A stretch of DNA of 64,000 bases. Source: an uncultured Victivallales bacterium. GTDB lineage: Bacteria; Verrucomicrobiota; Kiritimatiellia; UBA8416; CAYSRM01. A model generated the notes under the pieces. The model made no database searches. It was not told the DNA's origin and saw nothing but the letters and a program-made list of their open reading frames with translations. The position numbers and the translations under genes are program-made. The stretch spans positions 1,292-65,291 of the forward strand of contig CAYSRM010000002.1 in NCBI GenBank assembly GCA_964433435.1, in the 5' to 3' direction. Positions 46,733 through 56,216 of the stretch are shown here, one piece after another. Each line of letters begins with the position of its first letter. Positions within the stretch are counted from its first letter, which is position 1.

Positions 46733-47130
46733 CAATAATCCTCCTTAGGTTAGATCATGTTCTATCAAGAGTACCGGGCAAGTGGCAAGAAGGAAGCAGC
46801 CTGACGCCTGTACCGCCGGGCATTTGCCTGACCTGAGACAGGAACCTTCGAGGGTTTCCTTATTTTGTCTCTTCTGAACTTCAGGATTTTATCCCGGGCT
46901 ATCGAATAGCGGCCCTTCAGGCTGCGCAAGTGCATACTCTGCCGCAAGCACTCAATCTGTAGTTATTCAGATACCACTTCTTTTCCAATATGCTCCTGTT
47001 CTTGATGTTTCTGATTTCTACCGGATTAATATATACCGGTTCAACCGCACAATGTGTTCATTTTAATCCACAAGTTTTGCACTGTGTCGGCTTTGAGGGC
47101 AAGTTGAGCTGCTTGTTTGATTCTTGTTGG

Positions 47131-48645
47131 TCAGTCAATGGTTACGTGGCTTCCCCACCAGTCCTCGTTCGGTTGCCACTCCGGGTTCAGATATTCGGCG
47201 TGCTCGGCCTCAAGCTGTGGCATCAGCTCATGTTTCAGCTTGTGCAAGTATGCCTCTTCCGCCGCGCGGTCATATTGCGGATCGCGGGCGGGCAGTTTTG
47301 CATCGGTCTCAAATAGCCACTGGTTCAGGCGCCGGCGTAGCTCCTTTGCGCGCTTTGCATGGGTGGCCGCCACATTATTTTGTTCGCCTGGATCACAGTC
47401 AAGATTATAGAGTTCGTCTTGATAGTCCTCATAGTAGTGTATAAGCTTCCAATCACCACTTCTGATGATGGATGATGGATCACCGCCCTGATTGCCATAG
47501 TGTGGGTAGTGCCAGAAGAGGTCACGTTCAGCAAGATCCCTGTTTTCCTCTCCCATCAGTAAAGGGAGGATACTCCTCCCGTCAACAATTTGATCGGAGG
47601 GGATCTGAAGCTTGGCTACATCCATGAAAGTAGGATAGAAGTCGATGCCGGAGACAGGCACATCACAGACAGTGCCCGATTCAATGTGTCCGGGCATGCG
47701 GATATAAAGCGGTTCGCGTATGCCCCCTTCCCATTGCCGTCCCTTTCCTCCCCGGAGCGGAAGCATGGATGACGGGTAGGCATCGCCTGAGGATACGCCT
47801 CCGTTATCCGAGGTGAAGCAGACAAACGTGTTATCTGCCAGACTCAATTCATCAAGTTTGTTTAAGAGTATACCAACTGCATCATCCATGGCTTCAATCA
47901 TACCTGCATAAATGGGACAATCCTGAACTTGCCGAACTGGCAGCCTTCTATCAAAGATGAAGCGCTTGTCAGGTATATCTTGCATGGCTGCTTTTTTCCT
48001 GAACTTTTCCCATCTATCTTTGCTTGTCTGGATCGGACCATGCACAGAATAGAAAGAAAGGTAGGCAAGAAACGGTTCGTCTTTATGATCGGCAATGAAC
48101 TGCGCCGTTTCATTTGCAAGTCGGATAGGTAAGGACTCACCGTCCGGGCCCGGTTCCAGCGATGGGTTTTGCCATGGCGCAAAATAGCCGCCAACCGGAC
48201 TGCCAGCCTTCCATCCGCCCTTATTGACCTCAAACCCGAAGTTTTCAGGATAGGCGCCCTCTTCACCACAATGCCATTTTCCTGCGAAGAAAGTGCGGTA
48301 GCCTGCACGGCGCATGACTTCAGCAAACGTGATTTCATCAGCTCTAAGTCCATGTTCATATGCTGGTGGGAGCAGCTTGTTAAAGCGACCGGCCTTACGC
48401 CAGGCTTCGCCGCTTGATGCACCTATCCAATCCGTCACACCATGTCTTGGGGTATACTTACCCGTGAGTATGCTGGCACGAGATGGACTGCAAACCTGGC
48501 AAGTTGCATACCCTTGTGTGAACCGCATGCCTTCTCTTGCGATGCGGTCAATGTTCGGACTCTCATGGAAGGAGCTCCCGTCTGCACTGAGATCGCACCA
48601 TCCTAGATCGTCAGCTAAAATGAACAGAATGTTTGGTCGTGTCAT
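47131..48645 (-). CDS. sulfatase (formylglycine-dependent arylsulfatase family)
   Basis: ILADDLGW plus the FGly motif CQVCSPSRASILTG. GGAG RBS favours ATG 48645 (MTRPNILF) over 48657. No obvious signal peptide. Confidence 0.8.
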   Translation of the reverse strand: MTRPNILFILADDLGWCDLSADGSSFHESPNIDRIAREGMRFTQGYATCQVCSPSRASILTGKYTPRHGVTDWIGASSGEAWRKAGRFNKLLPPAYEHGLRADEITFAEVMRRAGYRTFFAGKWHCGEEGAYPENFGFEVNKGGWKAGSPVGGYFAPWQNPSLEPGPDGESLPIRLANETAQFIADHKDEPFLAYLSFYSVHGPIQTSKDRWEKFRKKAAMQDIPDKRFIFDRRLPVRQVQDCPIYAGMIEAMDDAVGILLNKLDELSLADNTFVCFTSDNGGVSSGDAYPSSMLPLRGGKGRQWEGGIREPLYIRMPGHIESGTVCDVPVSGIDFYPTFMDVAKLQIPSDQIVDGRSILPLLMGEENRDLAERDLFWHYPHYGNQGGDPSSIIRSGDWKLIHYYEDYQDELYNLDCDPGEQNNVAATHAKRAKELRRRLNQWLFETDAKLPARDPQYDRAAEEAYLHKLKHELMPQLEAEHAEYLNPEWQPNEDWWGSHVTID

Positions 48646-48695
48646 CTTTTTCTCCATCTAAAGGCGATCATATTTCATGCTGAACGAAATTTGGG

Positions 48696-50231
48696 TTATA
48701 TGTAGTTTTGATTAATATTGTCCAGGTGGGTGGGCTGAATGGAATTCGGCGCCCGACCATCCCCGCATAATGGGTAGTGATAGGTTCCTCTTAGTCCCTT
48801 TCCAGTGAGTCGGGATCTCTGCGCCGGGTGGCTTGTTGTAATGCGGGTAGTCCGAATGAGCCATTCCAGCAGCAATCGACGACCCTCCGTTACAGTCTCT
48901 TGATAGGCCGGATTCGAATAGAGATTGTTTTTTTCCTGTGGGTCTTCATCAATGTTGTAGAGCTCTCCGACGTCCGTTCCCTGAAACATCTCGGGCTGAT
49001 AATGCACCATCCGCCACGGTCCCCAACGCAGGGCTTTACTCCAGGGGTTCTCTGTCACGGCCACGGTATGGATAAAGGTGTCTTTTCCCTCAAGGAGAGG
49101 GGTGATATCAGAGCCATCTACTGTTTCCATAGGGGGAAGACCACACAAGCTGAGCAGGGTGGGAGCGATATCTGTGTTTTCCACGAGGGCCTTGCAGTGG
49201 TGACCCTCGGGTGTAAGGCCGGGAACACGCCAGATCATCGGCACTTTGCACACAGCATCTGAGCAAATCCCGGGAGCTTTTTCGGGAAGGCCATGGATGG
49301 TATGGTAGCCGCCATGGTCGCTTCCATAGATCACGATTGTATCATCTTGAAGACCGCGATCCTGCAGGTACTGAAGAAGCATGCCAAAGACATCGTCAAT
49401 CTGACTGATACACGCCAAGGTGCCACGCCAGGCGCGGCGAGCGCCTTCCCGGTAGGTTTCGCCAGGTTGCCCGAAGTCCCAATCCATTTGACGAAGGCTT
49501 CGCCACCTGTTTTGGAAATGGGCCGGCCGATGGCCTGGCTCCGTGTCGCACGAGTTCGGCAGTTCCAGATCATCGGGATATAGGTTCCAGAAATTCTCGT
49601 TCGGTAGCAACGGGTGGTGTGGCCTCTGAAATGCAATCTGGATGCAGAAAGGGGCGGTGGCATCGTCCTCTATGAATGCCATTGCCTGCTTCGCACTCCA
49701 AACCTCCTGAGTATATTCATATGGCAGCATGGACGGGCGTGCATCAAGCGAGATGGGTCCTTTTCCGTAATTCAATTCATTATGCCAGCTATCCTCAAGG
49801 TCGCGAAGCCCACATGCCTCAAGATGTTCCAGAAAGGCTGATTTGCCATGCTCGCCGTCAACCGTCTCGTAAGTATCTCCAAAGAAATCGAGATCGTTGG
49901 CAAGCCAGTTGCGCGGCGAATTCGGCAAATGCAGTTTGCCGAACCCGGCTGTTCGGTAGCCGGCTGCCCTGCAATGGCGCATGAGGTTGGGTAGGCCCAT
50001 CGGAGCCGGCCCCGAAAGACCGTATATGCCATGATTATGGCAATACTGACCGGAAAGAATACTGACGCGGCTGGGTGTACATATGGGATTTTGGCAGTAG
50101 GCGTTTTCAAAATACATGCCGCTTGCTGCAAACTGATCAAAATTTGGTGTGCGCACCTGGTGATGGCCTGCGCAGCCCAATACACCAGCGTTGTGCTGGT
50201 CGGCCAAGACCATCAAAATATTTTTCGACAT
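48696..50231 (-). CDS. sulfatase (formylglycine-dependent)
   Basis: VLADQHN plus FGly motif CTPSRVSILSG. Start at MSKNILMVLADQ (ATG 50231, GGAGG RBS). The ORF-track start at 50255 is an extension. Confidence 0.8.
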   Translation of the reverse strand: MSKNILMVLADQHNAGVLGCAGHHQVRTPNFDQFAASGMYFENAYCQNPICTPSRVSILSGQYCHNHGIYGLSGPAPMGLPNLMRHCRAAGYRTAGFGKLHLPNSPRNWLANDLDFFGDTYETVDGEHGKSAFLEHLEACGLRDLEDSWHNELNYGKGPISLDARPSMLPYEYTQEVWSAKQAMAFIEDDATAPFCIQIAFQRPHHPLLPNENFWNLYPDDLELPNSCDTEPGHRPAHFQNRWRSLRQMDWDFGQPGETYREGARRAWRGTLACISQIDDVFGMLLQYLQDRGLQDDTIVIYGSDHGGYHTIHGLPEKAPGICSDAVCKVPMIWRVPGLTPEGHHCKALVENTDIAPTLLSLCGLPPMETVDGSDITPLLEGKDTFIHTVAVTENPWSKALRWGPWRMVHYQPEMFQGTDVGELYNIDEDPQEKNNLYSNPAYQETVTEGRRLLLEWLIRTTRITTSHPAQRSRLTGKGLRGTYHYPLCGDGRAPNSIQPTHLDNINQNYI

Positions 50232-50416
50232 TTTTAGGCATCCTCCGCTTATCAAACCATTCTATGTCCGGCACTCTCAATTGCAAGGCATTGTTCCGGC
50301 CCGGTGCTGCTGCAATATGGAACAATTTCAGAAGTTACCAACCCTTTCAAAGCAGTGTCTCTCCGAAAAGCTTTATGAGGCATAGGCGCTTTCTTGTTTT
50401 GTGAGCGCTTCCAAGT

Positions 50417-51796
50417 TCAATATCCTTTTGGGTATGGCTCCGGTAGTTGTGACGGCTTGATAGCGATGTCGCCCGCTTGATTGAGATCGAAGTTCTCGCG
50501 GCGGGCAATCTCGTGGCCATCGACGAAGTCATCTCCTACATCGCAAAGTCTAGCCGTTAGTCGGGCATCAAGCTCTGCAACCCGTGCCGCATGCGTAGGA
50601 TCGTCGACAAGATTACGAACCTGCCACGGGTCGTCTGAATTGTCGTACAGCAGCCACGGTCCAGCGAGGGTGCGGACATAGGTGTAGCGTTTGCCATGGA
50701 GGCCGCGGTACTCGCGCCCCCCGTTAGCGTAGCGCCAGTCATGGAACGGCAGATACAATGCCAGCAATGCCTCCTCGGTTCCGGATGGGGTGCCATCCAG
50801 GATAGTGCGGCTGAAGTCCCGTCCCTGAACCCCTTGGGGAATCGGCGCCCCACAGAGCGTCAAAAGCGTCGGCATCAGGTCTGGCGCATTGATCGGGGTG
50901 TCATCGGTCCCCGGTCCGGCGCCGTTTGGATGCCGCACGAGGAAGGGAACACAAATGGACTCGGCCCAGGGCTTCTGTTTCCTGAAATGCCCTTGGCTGC
51001 CGAGCATGTCTCCATGGTCCGACGTGAACACGACTATTGTGTCCCGATCCCGGCCGGTTGCGGCTAGGGTGCTAAGCAGCCGTCCAAACGCCGTATCCAG
51101 CGCCGAACAGTGCGCGTAGTAGCCCGCCAGCTCTTTGCGGGCTTGGTCCGCGAATGCTTCGGGGACGTTCGGCGGCAAATGAATGCGTTGCGTATCGTAC
51201 ATCGCCTCGAATTGAGCCGGCGCAGTGCCAAACGGGTTGTGCGGCGGACCCCACGAGAGAAACAGTGCAAACGGTTCTTCCCCCGCTTCCTCTCGGAGGT
51301 AGCGGCATGCCTCATCCGTCTGCGCATCAGCGTCGTACCCTTCCCACTGGTACGGTCGGGAATCGTTGCCGAAGTAGTAGTACGATGCCTGATAGTCGTG
51401 CGAACACTCAAACCCTTTCCACCAATCGAACCCGAGACGCCGCTTTGGCGGCACGAACGCGTTCCGGCCATTTCCGTCGATGTGCCACTTGCCGATATAT
51501 GCGGTGCGGTAACCGGTGTTGCGCAGGCACTCCCCGAGGAAGGGCCCCTCGTAGAGACGATACAAGCATTGGTCATTGACCATTACCCGGTGACGGTTTG
51601 GATATACGCCGGTCATGAGGGATGCCCGGTATGGACTGCACACCGGGCAGCCCGAAACGGCATTTGTGAAATGCAGGCTTTGAACCGCGAAACGGTCGAT
51701 ATTCGGCGTCGCCACATTACGGTCACCGGAGTAGCCGGCAGCTTGGTAGCGCCACTGATCGGCAAAAACAAACACGAGGTTGAGATTGCTATTCAT
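50417..51796 (-). CDS. sulfatase (formylglycine-dependent)
   Basis: FADQWRYQAAG plus FGly motif CPVCSPYRASLMTG. Looks noticeably higher in GC than the two neighbouring sulfatase genes. Confidence 0.8.
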   Translation of the reverse strand: MNSNLNLVFVFADQWRYQAAGYSGDRNVATPNIDRFAVQSLHFTNAVSGCPVCSPYRASLMTGVYPNRHRVMVNDQCLYRLYEGPFLGECLRNTGYRTAYIGKWHIDGNGRNAFVPPKRRLGFDWWKGFECSHDYQASYYYFGNDSRPYQWEGYDADAQTDEACRYLREEAGEEPFALFLSWGPPHNPFGTAPAQFEAMYDTQRIHLPPNVPEAFADQARKELAGYYAHCSALDTAFGRLLSTLAATGRDRDTIVVFTSDHGDMLGSQGHFRKQKPWAESICVPFLVRHPNGAGPGTDDTPINAPDLMPTLLTLCGAPIPQGVQGRDFSRTILDGTPSGTEEALLALYLPFHDWRYANGGREYRGLHGKRYTYVRTLAGPWLLYDNSDDPWQVRNLVDDPTHAARVAELDARLTARLCDVGDDFVDGHEIARRENFDLNQAGDIAIKPSQLPEPYPKGY

Positions 51797-51837
51797 TGTT
51801 CTTTTCCCCTAAGGCGGCCTTTGGCCGCAACCAACAC

Positions 51838-51912
51838 GGAAGCAGGTTGGTTGCTGGATGCTGGATAAACTCTGTCATAGCTCTGTTCCCTTCCAGCAAC
51901 CAACCTGCTGCC
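51838..51912. repeat. inverted repeat pair (GGAAGCAGGTTGGTTGCTGG … CCAGCAACCAACCTGCTGCC), about 35-bp spacer
   Basis: 16-bp perfect core (51842-51857 / 51893-51908), extended to 18 of 20 matches. Followed by iterated CAATGAC(G/A) motifs at about 51990-52060. Lies next to the transposase remnant. Confidence 0.5.
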
Positions 51913-52399
51913 CTTTCGCGCTTTTCGTAGTTTATCTTTTCTCTCTTCCCTTTATCATTGGATATTCCGTGCCGTGCCCGCCGCAAGCTTGGCAAGCAGG
52001 CGGGCAGGCCAATGACGCGCCGTCAGGCGCAAATGACGCGAGCAAAGCGAGCCAATGACAAATGACTTTCTCTCCCTTCCCCCTTTGCCGCATCTACGCA
52101 ATCAGCCTTCGTCCCGACCTCCGCCACTGAGTCGGGACTACGGCTTAACATGAACACACAGAACTTATTGGTCCAGAATGTAACTCCGGGACGTTGAGTT
52201 CAAACGCAAGAGAAGCCTTCCGACAGTTCTGAGCCCAGGCGAGGTAAAGCGCATTATCTGCAACCTGCCTACACTCCAGGCACTGTCTTCTACGTTACTC
52301 TCTTTTTTTTGGAGGATTGCAGCTTAACCTGATCTATCTATCAAGGTCAAGTCCGAGGCGTATTGGACCACTGACGCACACGAAATTCAACCACGGATT

Positions 52400-52810
52400 T
52401 CACTGGTGACACGGATAGTGTGGCACAGGGAGGGCGCCGATCTTCCACAGATGCAAGCGGATCGTGTTGAACTGGGCGTGGGCCAGCTCGGAAGATCGCA
52501 GCAGATTGACGCGTAGGGTGTGCATCAGCACGTAAGCGGCCGAGTGAATGAACAACCGGAACTGATCGGCCGGATCACCGTTGAATGGTTGTGGCAGAGA
52601 TGTTGAACGACAGGCTATTGTTGGTGTTAGAAGGACAAGGCGAAGTTTTGGCATGCCCCAAGCTTCAGCAATCCATTCTTCGGGGTTGCAGGAGATGCCG
52701 CTCTTCTCCTTTTCAAGAAGCTTACTGAACTCCCATGGGGAAATAGCCGAAAGAAGAAGTTGTTCATAGCGTTTTGGGTTTGAAAGCGAGGCCCGAACTT
52801 TGGTGGACAG
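52400..52810 (-). pseudogene. DDE transposase (IS4/IS5-like, DDE_Tnp_1-type) C-terminal fragment, IS remnant
   Basis: The reverse frame is open from an in-frame TAG at 52811-52813 with no proper start. It encodes …PKRYEQLLSAISPWEFSKLL…GDPADQFRLFIHSAAYVLMHTLRVNLLR…, which resembles transposase C-termini (h-h-A-Y-N-L-h-R). The N-terminal about 200-300 aa, including the DDE core, are absent. Confidence 0.4.
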
Positions 52811-52877
52811 CTACTTTAATCGTCAACCCGGTCTGGTTCTTCTAGGCTGTCGCGCAGCTTGACCAGCCGAACCGCTA

Positions 52878-52894
52878 ACCCGCATATCTCAGTG
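52878..52894 (+). repeat. solo MITE terminal repeat (ACCCGCATATCTCAGTG)
   Basis: Matches the MITE left TIR for about 14 nt, then diverges. Lies at the boundary of the transposase remnant. Confidence 0.4.
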
Positions 52895-53024
52895 CGCATA
52901 ACGCAAATTGCTCGTAAGAATACAAATATTTCTGTTGAGTCAGTCAAGAGAGATGATAGCATGCCTTGAAGAGGCGCAGTGCCAACAGGTGAAATTACAT
53001 GAAAAAGGACCCAAGGATGAGGCA

Positions 53025-53249
53025 ATGAAAAGTCTCTATAATGAACGGGGAATAGATCCAGCTAACACACCGGTTATAGGAGACGACTGCTCAGAAATAA
53101 AGGCCGGCACAGAAATGGGCAGTGTAACCATATCGCGACTGGAACAACACCAAACACGTGCGTCCGAGTTGCATACAGAGTTTGGAACTAACTATATTAC
53201 TCAAGAGTTTGCTTCTCCGGTTCTTGGTAGACTTATCATAGATGCATAG
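53025..53249 (+). CDS. hypothetical small protein (74 aa) in low-GC islet
   Basis: ATG 53025 preceded by AAGGATGAGG RBS (MKSLYNERGIDPANTPVIGDD…). No recognisable motif. The ORF-track version starting at 52908 lacks an RBS. Confidence 0.3.
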   Translation: MKSLYNERGIDPANTPVIGDDCSEIKAGTEMGSVTISRLEQHQTRASELHTEFGTNYITQEFASPVLGRLIIDA

Positions 53250-53489
53250 CAAATGGCCGGGCGATACAGTTGGACAAGTCAAATTGTGCCAATAATGGAT
53301 TTTTCTTGCCTTTGGAGCGGTTTGCTTGGGAAATTTTTATTTAATTGAAGAAAATGGAAGAGAAAACTGCTAAACTTCAACTATTCGTGCAGCGCATGAA
53401 TAGTCCGTTTTCGCCAGAGGTGGAAAACATATTGTTGGCAGTTTTCCACAAAAAGATAGCATTTGCAGCGTTTACAGGAACGTAAGCGA

Positions 53490-53517
53490 TTCACATGAAT
53501 TGCTAATCAAATATAAC
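53490..53517 (+). promoter_or_regulatory. sigma70-like promoter candidate (TTCACA – 16 nt – TATAAC)
   Basis: −35-like 53490-53495 and −10-like 53512-53517, about 20 nt upstream of the GGAGAAAAG RBS and ATG 53538. AT-rich context. Confidence 0.3.
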
Positions 53518-53537
53518 ACATAACGGAGAAAAGTGGA

Positions 53538-53756
53538 ATGGGTTTAATCAACAAGCTTTTAGGCAAGGACCAGCAGGAAGACGAACGGCAGCAACCCGAT
53601 TCCGGCGAGGAACAAACACCGCCGGAGGGCAACAATGAAATCGGACCAAAACGTTCTGAACATGAACAGGTTGCACAGGAAATGCGCAGGAAAGAAAAGA
53701 GGAAGCGCAGCAAAGAGCGGAAGAAGAAAAAGAAACGGAAGAGGAAGAGAAACTGA
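53538..53756 (+). CDS. small highly charged protein: acidic/Gln-rich N-terminal half, poly-Lys/Arg C-terminal tail
   Basis: 72 aa, MGLINKLLGKDQQEDERQQPDSGEEQTPPEGNNEIGPKRSEHEQVAQEMRRKEKRKRSKERKKKKKRKRKRN. Strong RBS and a plausible promoter upstream. No family recognised. Confidence 0.45.
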   Translation: MGLINKLLGKDQQEDERQQPDSGEEQTPPEGNNEIGPKRSEHEQVAQEMRRKEKRKRSKERKKKKKRKRKRN

Positions 53757-53764
53757 CCGTTTCA

Positions 53765-53853
53765 CCGGCATATCTCACGGGATTTCGTAGCTGCCTGTCC
53801 GCCATCCGGCGGATGAGCGTGGAAACTGCTGCTGCGGGGGGCGCGGATTGGTG
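53765..53853 (-). repeat. MITE-family right-half copy, inverted orientation
   Basis: CCGGCATATCTCACGGGATTTCGTAGCTGCCTGTCCGCCATCCGGCGGATGAGCGTGGAAACTGCTGCTGCGGGGG… is the reverse complement of the right half of copy 1. Sits between convergent genes. Confidence 0.6.
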
Positions 53854-53924
53854 CAATGATTGACAAATTGCCCGCTCCGCAGTCAACTTGTTGTCTCGGA
53901 GACATAATGCGAATTACTTATACT

Positions 53925-55148
53925 CTACGAAGGATTTGTAACCCGTCCCATAAAGAGAATACTTTCTGAACCCGTTTCTCGGATTATGAAAAGAAAAGGG
54001 TGATCGGCTCTAAAGACGATTGGTTTGGGCTTTAAGGAGGTCGTGGTAAATCCAATTCCCGTGGCTGCTGCCGCTTCGGTTCCTTTTTCATCCACATCTA
54101 CAAATGCCTTGTGGATAGCGGCTGAGATATACAGGTCCTGTGTGCCGTCAATGGCTGAGAAGTCGGCCTTCGGAACAAACGCTGTTTTCATGCCCATATC
54201 GGAAAGCGTCTTGTTCAGTTGGAATCTTGATGAAATTCTGAACCTGGGCAGGTATACCTCGACATGGCGGGGTTTTAAGTTGCTTAAATACTTGTTCAGG
54301 TTGCCCCGCAATTGCTTTTCAATCATGGGCAGCGCTCCGGGCTCCCGAGGCAGAACTATCACCATCTGAACCTGTTTGCCCCGATAGGGTAAGGCTAGAA
54401 CCTGGACCTTACTGGTTTCATAATACCTGAACTGTCCGGTCTGCTTCATAGTTGGGGTCATTGTCTTGCCTTCTTTTCCCGGGCGAAAAGGAAGGTCTCG
54501 GGTTTTATCTTCAGAAAAACTATTCTCCCACTTGCCCCTGAAGTATATGGCGTTGGCCAGAACAAGGCGGGCCATTCTGTCAATAGCGCCTGGTGGAATA
54601 AGATCCTTGATCTTATCTTGTGTTTTATCTGCAACCCACTTGTTTATAGTCTGTCGGCTCTGTTCAAGATTCTTCCTGTAATCGACAGCCTGGATTTCCG
54701 CATCGTAATACTTTCTCATTACCTGCAGATACTCTTCTCGCAGGGAATAATCTTTCTGCGGCCATAATGAATTGGCGATAAACAATTCAACCGTTTCCTG
54801 TTTCTGTAGTTTGTTGAGCCTGGAATTCAAATCCTCAAAAGTGCTATGAAGCCTCTCTTTCGACTGAGAGAAATGGAGTGTCTGTTTTATCTCTTCTGCG
54901 GTCTCTCCCTGCGCGCCTGCATATGCCATGGCAAAAGCCGCAGAAATGCTGTACGGGGAGAAGAAGAGGTTGCCCTCTTGTTCACTGAGGCTGGAATACA
55001 AATCAAGTGCGAAAGAAGTGTTACGACCGGAAAGCTGCTTCACGTTTCCTCCAGTTTTAGCGAAAGAAAAATCAGGGCCGACGATAAACACGGCAAGAAG
55101 ACATAAGCTCATCCTTCTAAAAAATGAAAAAGAATTTATAATCTTCAT
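53925..55148 (-). CDS. serpin-family serine protease inhibitor (secreted)
   Basis: Start MKIINSFSFFRRMSLCLLAVFIVGPDFSFA (signal peptide). Serpin core …NLFFSPYSISAAFAMAYAGA…, shutter and breach regions, reactive-centre-loop hinge …GTEAAAATGIGF…, C-terminal …PFLFIIRE…. The ORF-track start at 55214 is an extension. Confidence 0.75.
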   Translation of the reverse strand: MKIINSFSFFRRMSLCLLAVFIVGPDFSFAKTGGNVKQLSGRNTSFALDLYSSLSEQEGNLFFSPYSISAAFAMAYAGAQGETAEEIKQTLHFSQSKERLHSTFEDLNSRLNKLQKQETVELFIANSLWPQKDYSLREEYLQVMRKYYDAEIQAVDYRKNLEQSRQTINKWVADKTQDKIKDLIPPGAIDRMARLVLANAIYFRGKWENSFSEDKTRDLPFRPGKEGKTMTPTMKQTGQFRYYETSKVQVLALPYRGKQVQMVIVLPREPGALPMIEKQLRGNLNKYLSNLKPRHVEVYLPRFRISSRFQLNKTLSDMGMKTAFVPKADFSAIDGTQDLYISAAIHKAFVDVDEKGTEAAAATGIGFTTTSLKPKPIVFRADHPFLFIIRETGSESILFMGRVTNPS

Positions 55149-55354
55149 ATTAGACGCTCCTTTGTGCCCGTTCATCAATTGCCATTCCAGCCCAGGGCCT
55201 ATAGGTCTCCACATTGGCCGGAATGCTCAGCCAATGATGTTGTTACAGAGGCTTTTTGTCAAGCAATCGAGCTCGTGTGCCGGTTTTTTGCATTGTATAG
55301 CGGGGATGCTTACACTATATATACCAATTCACATTTGTTTGGCGCAGGAAGAAC

Positions 55355-56173
55355 ATGAAAACATCTCTTAAATACAGGGAATTTGTGGTTGATGTGAGGC
55401 GCATCGTTGTAAAGATCGGCAGCCGTGTGCTGGTACAGAAGAACGGCAGGCCGGATGTCCGGCGCATGAGAGCATTGACCAGGCAGATTGCGGATCTGCG
55501 CAAACAGGGATACGAGGTGGTAGTTGTTACATCCGGTGCAATAGGAGCCGGTATGCAGGCCCTAAGAATGTGTGAACGGCCCACTTCACTGCCCGACCTG
55601 CAAATGGCTGCCGCAGTTGGCCAGACAAGACTGATGTCCAAATATGGGGAAATGTTCTCCTCCTACGGATACAAAGTTGGCCAGGTCCTTCTTACACACC
55701 AGGATTTTCATCACAAAATCCGGCTGAGTAACGCAAGACGTACTATAGAAAACATGTTGCGCAAAGGCGTAATACCGATTGTTAACGAAAACGACGTTGT
55801 AGCCGACGAAGAAATACGGGCGGACCTGGCATTGGGGGACAATGATTTGCTTGCATCCCTGCTGGTTAAGCTCATAAGGTCGGACCTATTGGTAATGCTA
55901 ACAACCGTGGACGGCCTCAGAAGACCGGGTAAATCCGGGCATACGCGACGCATAAGGTATGTGGAGACTGTGAACCGGAAAACATTCGAACTGGTCGGGC
56001 CCGGTAAGTCCAGCCTTAGCAAAGGCGGCATGTACAGCAAGCTGAAGGCCGCCCAGGCTGCCGCAAAAGTCGGGTGCTCGGTCATAATCGCTAACGGGAG
56101 ACAGGATCAGGTGTTGAAAAAAATTATGCGTGGAGAAGATACAGGAACGATTGTTCTCGCTTCGGGAATATGA
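55355..56173 (+). CDS. proB: glutamate 5-kinase (no PUA domain)
   Basis: Amino-acid-kinase-fold motifs …IVVKIGSRVL…VVVVTSGAIGAG…IPIVNENDVVA…. Size of 272 aa fits a PUA-less ProB. Confidence 0.85.
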   Translation: MKTSLKYREFVVDVRRIVVKIGSRVLVQKNGRPDVRRMRALTRQIADLRKQGYEVVVVTSGAIGAGMQALRMCERPTSLPDLQMAAAVGQTRLMSKYGEMFSSYGYKVGQVLLTHQDFHHKIRLSNARRTIENMLRKGVIPIVNENDVVADEEIRADLALGDNDLLASLLVKLIRSDLLVMLTTVDGLRRPGKSGHTRRIRYVETVNRKTFELVGPGKSSLSKGGMYSKLKAAQAAAKVGCSVIIANGRQDQVLKKIMRGEDTGTIVLASGI

Positions 56174-56216
56174 GAATCAAGGTGTTGTCACGGCCGTAAA
56201 TAAGTGAGGATATACT

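Noticed and set aside
52908-53249. 113-aa version of the islet ORF starting MLVRIQIFLL…
   Set aside because: The upstream ATG has no RBS and an AT-rich context. The internal ATG 53025 with an AAGGATGAGG RBS is the more credible start, though the coding status of either is low-confidence.
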